In this document: in pieces, positions 16,523 to 19,881 of the stretch | How the letters are laid out: each line of letters opens with the position of its first letter | Numbering within the stretch: position 1 is the stretch's first letter | Assembly (NCBI GenBank): GCA_016926735.1 | Contig: JAFGOA010000013.1 | Coordinates: forward strand, 1 to 19,881 | DNA from: Promethearchaeota archaeon | GTDB taxonomy: Archaea; Asgardarchaeota; Lokiarchaeia; Sigyniarchaeales; SOKP01 | DNA length: 19,881 nucleotides | Direction: 5' to 3' | Made by a program: the position numbers and the translations under genes | Notes under the pieces: model-generated | What the model saw: the letters and a program-made list of their open reading frames with translations, nothing else | Told to the model about the DNA's origin: nothing | Database searches by the model: none

Positions 16523-17830
16523 ATGGTTAAAATAACTTTTTTAGGAAGTTGCAGAGAAGTTGGGCGCTCCGCTATTCTTGTAGAATCTAAAAATGGAGAT
16601 CAATGCGTCCTTGACTATGGTGTGAGATTCACTGATAATGATAGATTGCCTTTTGAAACAGACTTGAATAATTTAAAAGCTATAGCTCTTACTCATTGTC
16701 ATATTGATCACTCTGGTGCAATTCCATTCTTATATAAAAAAAAAAAGCACTTACCATTATTAACTAATTGTGTTACTCTTGATATTATTGAAAAACTTAT
16801 AAATGATATGTTGAGAATCTCTAAATATCCATATCCGTTTGGTTATCATGAATTAAATCATATGGTAAATAATACTTTTTTTTTGAAAAATGAAATTCGT
16901 CATAAAATTGCAGATGATTTTTATTTAACTTTTTATGATGCAGGTCATGTACCTGGAAGTGTTTCTATACTAGTTGAAGTAGATGGAAAAAGACTACTAT
17001 ATACTGGAGATATAAATAACACTAAAACAAATCTTGTTAATTCAGCAAATGCATCTCAAATTCCAAAAATAGATACAGTTATAGTTGAATCTACATATGC
17101 TTTAAAAGAACATCCTCCAAGAGCAGAATTAGAACAAGATTTTGTTGAAGAAGTCTTGGATATAACAGAAAATGGCGGTAATGTATTAGTCCCTGCCTTT
17201 GGAGTTGCTAGATCTCAAGAAGCAGTTATGATTTTAGATAAATATCAATATAATGGCAATATTTATATCGATGGAATGGCTAAACTAATCTCTAAAATTT
17301 ATTATAATCATCCTGATACATTAAAAGATAAAACCTATTATAAAAAAGCTTTAAAAAAAGTAAAATTTGCAGATGGAATCAAAAAAAAAAAGGAATATCT
17401 AAAGAAACATAGTGTTATTATTTCACCTTCGGGTATGTTAAAAGGAGGTTCTGCTCTTAAATACATTAAACCAATTTTAGATGATTATAAATCTGCAATA
17501 TTTATGGTTGGATATCAGGTTGAAGGAACACCTGGAAGAAATTTATTGGAAAATAAAATATTTGAATTTAAAGAATTTGATGAAAAAAGAAATACAAATT
17601 ATGATTTAAACATTGAAGCAAAATGTAAGGTTAAACATTTTGATTTTTCAAGTCATGCTGATGGTAGAGGATTACAAGATTATATTAATAATTTAAATTT
17701 TATCAGTAATGGGAAACAAATATTTTGTGTACATGGAGATCAAGAGTCAACAACTAATTTAGCTAGTAAATTAGTAGATAAGCACTATAATTCAGTTGCA
17801 CCAGAAATAGGAGAAGTTTATTCTTTATGA
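16523..17830 (+). CDS. Metallo-beta-lactamase/beta-CASP ribonuclease (KH-less, aCPSF2/Ysh1-like)
   Basis: FLGSCREVGRS, LDYG, THCHIDHSG, AGHVPGS, YTGD, ESTY, PAFGVARSQE, SGML.GG, GYQVEGTPG, FSSHAD, VHGD. No N-terminal KH domains. Confidence 0.92.
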   Translation: MVKITFLGSCREVGRSAILVESKNGDQCVLDYGVRFTDNDRLPFETDLNNLKAIALTHCHIDHSGAIPFLYKKKKHLPLLTNCVTLDIIEKLINDMLRISKYPYPFGYHELNHMVNNTFFLKNEIRHKIADDFYLTFYDAGHVPGSVSILVEVDGKRLLYTGDINNTKTNLVNSANASQIPKIDTVIVESTYALKEHPPRAELEQDFVEEVLDITENGGNVLVPAFGVARSQEAVMILDKYQYNGNIYIDGMAKLISKIYYNHPDTLKDKTYYKKALKKVKFADGIKKKKEYLKKHSVIISPSGMLKGGSALKYIKPILDDYKSAIFMVGYQVEGTPGRNLLENKIFEFKEFDEKRNTNYDLNIEAKCKVKHFDFSSHADGRGLQDYINNLNFISNGKQIFCVHGDQESTTNLASKLVDKHYNSVAPEIGEVYSL

Positions 17831-17835
17831 TATCT

Positions 17836-19335
17836 TTATTTTAGCTGTCTTCCTATAATCTTATTACAATTTTCCAGAAAATCTCCAATTTTTTCAATAG
17901 GAACTTTTGTTCCTGCAGCAGGTGGATGTCCTCCTCCTAAATTTTCAAGGTTTGATAGTATTAATGCTTCTCTTATCGCCTCTGATAAATTAATTCCTTT
18001 TTCGACAATCGATTCATGGGCTCTAGATGAGATTTTATACATTCCTTCTTCCATTCTTATTGCATACCCAAATAAAGGTTTATTTTTTTTTATAATTTCA
18101 GTATCGTCATGAATAAGCATCGATGTGATTGTACCAATTATATTTTCAGAAATTTTATCCGCACCAAAGAAATATTGAATAAATTCCTCCTCCTTGATAA
18201 TATTTTCTTCCTTTATCCAAGTTAAAGCATTTAACAACATTCTCTTATAGTTTTCAAGATTTTTAATCGCTTGAACATATGCTTTATTTCTATCCCCCAT
18301 TGCTATTGCGATACCGATTGAGGCATTATTGGTTCTTCCACATGAATTTAACATATTTGAAAAATCACTGATATCATGCAAATCTGAACCAATTTTCTCA
18401 TCTTTTAATAAATATCTCTTAATAATCAGTTTATTAATAATTTCACTTGGGTCTATATTTGATTTTATTGATATATATTCAATCAACGCTGAAGTTAATT
18501 TTTGTTTTTCTTCTTTATTTAGGTCTATTAATGTTATTATTGATCCGTCTCCCTTTTCCATTAAAATACCTAATCTCTTTAAGAATTTAAGTGTCTTATT
18601 TGGATCTTTATTAAGTCCTGGTAAATTCAATTCTGGTGAATAAGCAAGAGCTTGATTTAATGGTTTGATTCTAGAAAGATTTATATCGTCTAAAATTTCT
18701 ATAATATCATTTTCTTTTGCATCATCTAAAATTATTTGGTTTAAACCAATGAAAGATTTATTATCCCCCTGATTTTGAACATCTCCATTAGCCCCTACTA
18801 ATGCAATTTTTGATAAATCTGTATTCTTCTTATCTATACATTTTGCGAAAAAATAACACATACCTGAACCAGATATCTCAGTACTACCATCAAAACCATA
18901 AAAATATGGATTTATATGCCATTTATATGTATCCTTATAAATTTCTTGTATTTTATCAATCTCTTCCTTATTTTTAATATTTTGTGGTAAATGATGATCA
19001 AATATTAAAAAAGGATTGTTTATATTTTTTTGTAATTCTAAATATTGTCCGCTTCCAAAATCAGAGAAAATTAGAAAATAATCGCCAGATTCTGTTTCAT
19101 TATGTATTTTTGTAATATTATCCAATTCCAATTGTTTTAATACAGTAATTTGAAAAGGAATATTCTTCTTATATAGTATTTTGCCTAGAATAGCTCCTGC
19201 TGATAATCCATCAGCGTCTAAATGGGTATAAATCTTTATAAGATATTTTTTTTCATCAATTATTTTAAGAAAATAGTCTTTAATTTTATTCAAATCAGTT
19301 ATAAAATCTTTAAACTTTTCAGAAGCAGAATTCAT
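17836..19335 (-). CDS. Archaeal RecJ/Cdc45-family DHH-DHHA1 nuclease (GAN-like)
   Basis: HLDADG, FSDFG, DHH, HINP, SGSG, GANGD, FSNMLNSCGR, ISSR and GGGHPPAAG. Catalytic motifs appear intact. Confidence 0.9.
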   Translation of the reverse strand: MNSASEKFKDFITDLNKIKDYFLKIIDEKKYLIKIYTHLDADGLSAGAILGKILYKKNIPFQITVLKQLELDNITKIHNETESGDYFLIFSDFGSGQYLELQKNINNPFLIFDHHLPQNIKNKEEIDKIQEIYKDTYKWHINPYFYGFDGSTEISGSGMCYFFAKCIDKKNTDLSKIALVGANGDVQNQGDNKSFIGLNQIILDDAKENDIIEILDDINLSRIKPLNQALAYSPELNLPGLNKDPNKTLKFLKRLGILMEKGDGSIITLIDLNKEEKQKLTSALIEYISIKSNIDPSEIINKLIIKRYLLKDEKIGSDLHDISDFSNMLNSCGRTNNASIGIAIAMGDRNKAYVQAIKNLENYKRMLLNALTWIKEENIIKEEEFIQYFFGADKISENIIGTITSMLIHDDTEIIKKNKPLFGYAIRMEEGMYKISSRAHESIVEKGINLSEAIREALILSNLENLGGGHPPAAGTKVPIEKIGDFLENCNKIIGRQLK

Positions 19336-19421
19336 TTTTAACTCAATAAAATATTCAATTGCATAATATTAACTAAAAAAGTATAAGAACTCTTATATTA
19401 TTAATCAAAATTTAGGTTTTT

Positions 19422-19462
19422 TACCCGTTGTCCACCAGAAAGCCTCGTCCTTTGGGGTATGG
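19422..19462 (+). other. GC-rich structured intergenic element (regulatory RNA or decayed IS200/IS605 end)
   Basis: 23 of 39 nt are G+C at 19424-19462 amid very AT-rich flanks. TACCC/GGGTA and CCTCGTCC/GGGTATGG pairings are possible. Confidence 0.4.
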
Positions 19463-19494
19463 ATTAATGCTTTTCTTATAAACTTAAATACATT

Positions 19495-19520
19495 ACCTTC
19501 TTAAACGAAGGTTTTTTTTT
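19495..19520 (+). terminator. Hairpin + U-tract (or palindromic operator) upstream of mch
   Basis: ACCTTC-TTAAAC-GAAGGT followed by 8 more T, ending 24 nt before the first possible mch start. Confidence 0.4.
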
Positions 19521-19544
19521 GAGTAATAAAGATATAATAATTGG

Positions 19545-19881
19545 GTGTTTAAAATTATAGATTTAAAGATTAATGAATTATCAAGAATTTTGGTTCAAAA
19601 TATAATTGATGATAAGGGTATATATAATGCAGATGTTCAAATTTTAGAAAATGATGCAACTATTATAGATATGAAAAATGCAACTAGAGAAGGTGGTAAA
19701 TTAGTCGCTGAAATATGTATGGGTGGTCTTGGATCTATTCATTTTTCAAAAGTTGATATAAATTCTTATCCTTTAACAAATATTAATGTTTATACATCGC
19801 ATCCAATAATCGCTTGTATGGCCTCACAATTAGCAGGATGGAGTATAAGACTTAAAAAATCTATTGAAATTAATGGAAAAA
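19545..19881 (+). CDS. mch: Methenyltetrahydromethanopterin cyclohydrolase, N-terminal part (runs off the window; not in the ORF track)
   Basis: Manual translation: (V)FKIIDLKINELSRILVQNIIDDKGIYNADVQILENDATIIDMKNATREGGKLVAEICMGGLGSIHFSKVDINSYPLTNINVYTSHPIIACMASQLAGWSIRLKKSIEINGK. AEICMGGLG and P.IACMASQ.AGW are Mch signatures. In-frame TAA at 19527; start GTG 19545 or ATA 19557. Confidence 0.92.
   Translation, partial: MFKIIDLKINELSRILVQNIIDDKGIYNADVQILENDATIIDMKNATREGGKLVAEICMGGLGSIHFSKVDINSYPLTNINVYTSHPIIACMASQLAGWSIRLKKSIEINGK

Noticed and set aside
3357-18643. Short ORFs 3357-3602, 7853-8050, 8764-9006, 9530-9724, 11389-11607, 12915-13235, 14205-14432, 15247-15471 and 18329-18643
   Set aside because: All lie antisense within, or largely overlapping, well-supported genes and show no recognisable motifs; they are shadow ORFs.
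19424-19437. CCCGTTGTCCACCA resembling a tRNA 3' end or att site
   Set aside because: No T-arm (GTTCRA) or cloverleaf upstream and no integrase nearby.
19429-19451. Minus-strand GGCTTTCTGGTGG loosely resembling the SAM-SAH riboswitch loop
   Set aside because: The enclosing P1 stem is missing and the downstream gene on that strand is recJ, not a SAM-related gene.
19405-19500. Minus-strand open frame EGNVFKFIRKALIHTPKDEAFWWTTGKKPKF
   Set aside because: Immediately preceded by an in-frame TAA and has no ATG/GTG/TTG start.

Overview
Very AT-rich, gene-dense archaeal chromosomal segment. The gene content points to an Asgard archaeon of the Lokiarchaeia/Promethearchaeota type (inference): a Rag/Gtr-like GTPase with a C-terminal roadblock/longin-type extension, H4MPT C1 enzymes Ftr and Mch, archaeal GlyRS, RecJ/Cdc45-type DHH nuclease, beta-CASP nuclease, 40-residue TPR proteins and large membrane-anchored surface proteins. 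Order: TPR (5'-truncated) > Zn-ribbon-TPR > < GNAT < coiled-coil protein < 7TM protein | glyS > 907-aa surface protein > 560-aa cadherin/Ig-like surface protein > < ftr < Rag-like GTPase | apt > < mtnP | beta-CASP > < RecJ/GAN | mch (3'-truncated, absent from the ORF track) >. No rRNA, tRNA, CRISPR array, transposase or integrase was seen. Best leads: (1) a GC-rich, alternatively pairing element plus hairpin/U-tract upstream of mch, either a candidate attenuator/riboswitch or a decayed IS200/IS605 end; (2) a CxxC-x8-CxxC insertion next to the catalytic Asp loop of MTAP; (3) a Rag-like GTPase among C1 and purine/MTA-salvage genes; (4) a stand-alone 7TM protein; (5) a two-gene surface module. 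All family assignments come from motifs recognised by eye; no searches were run.
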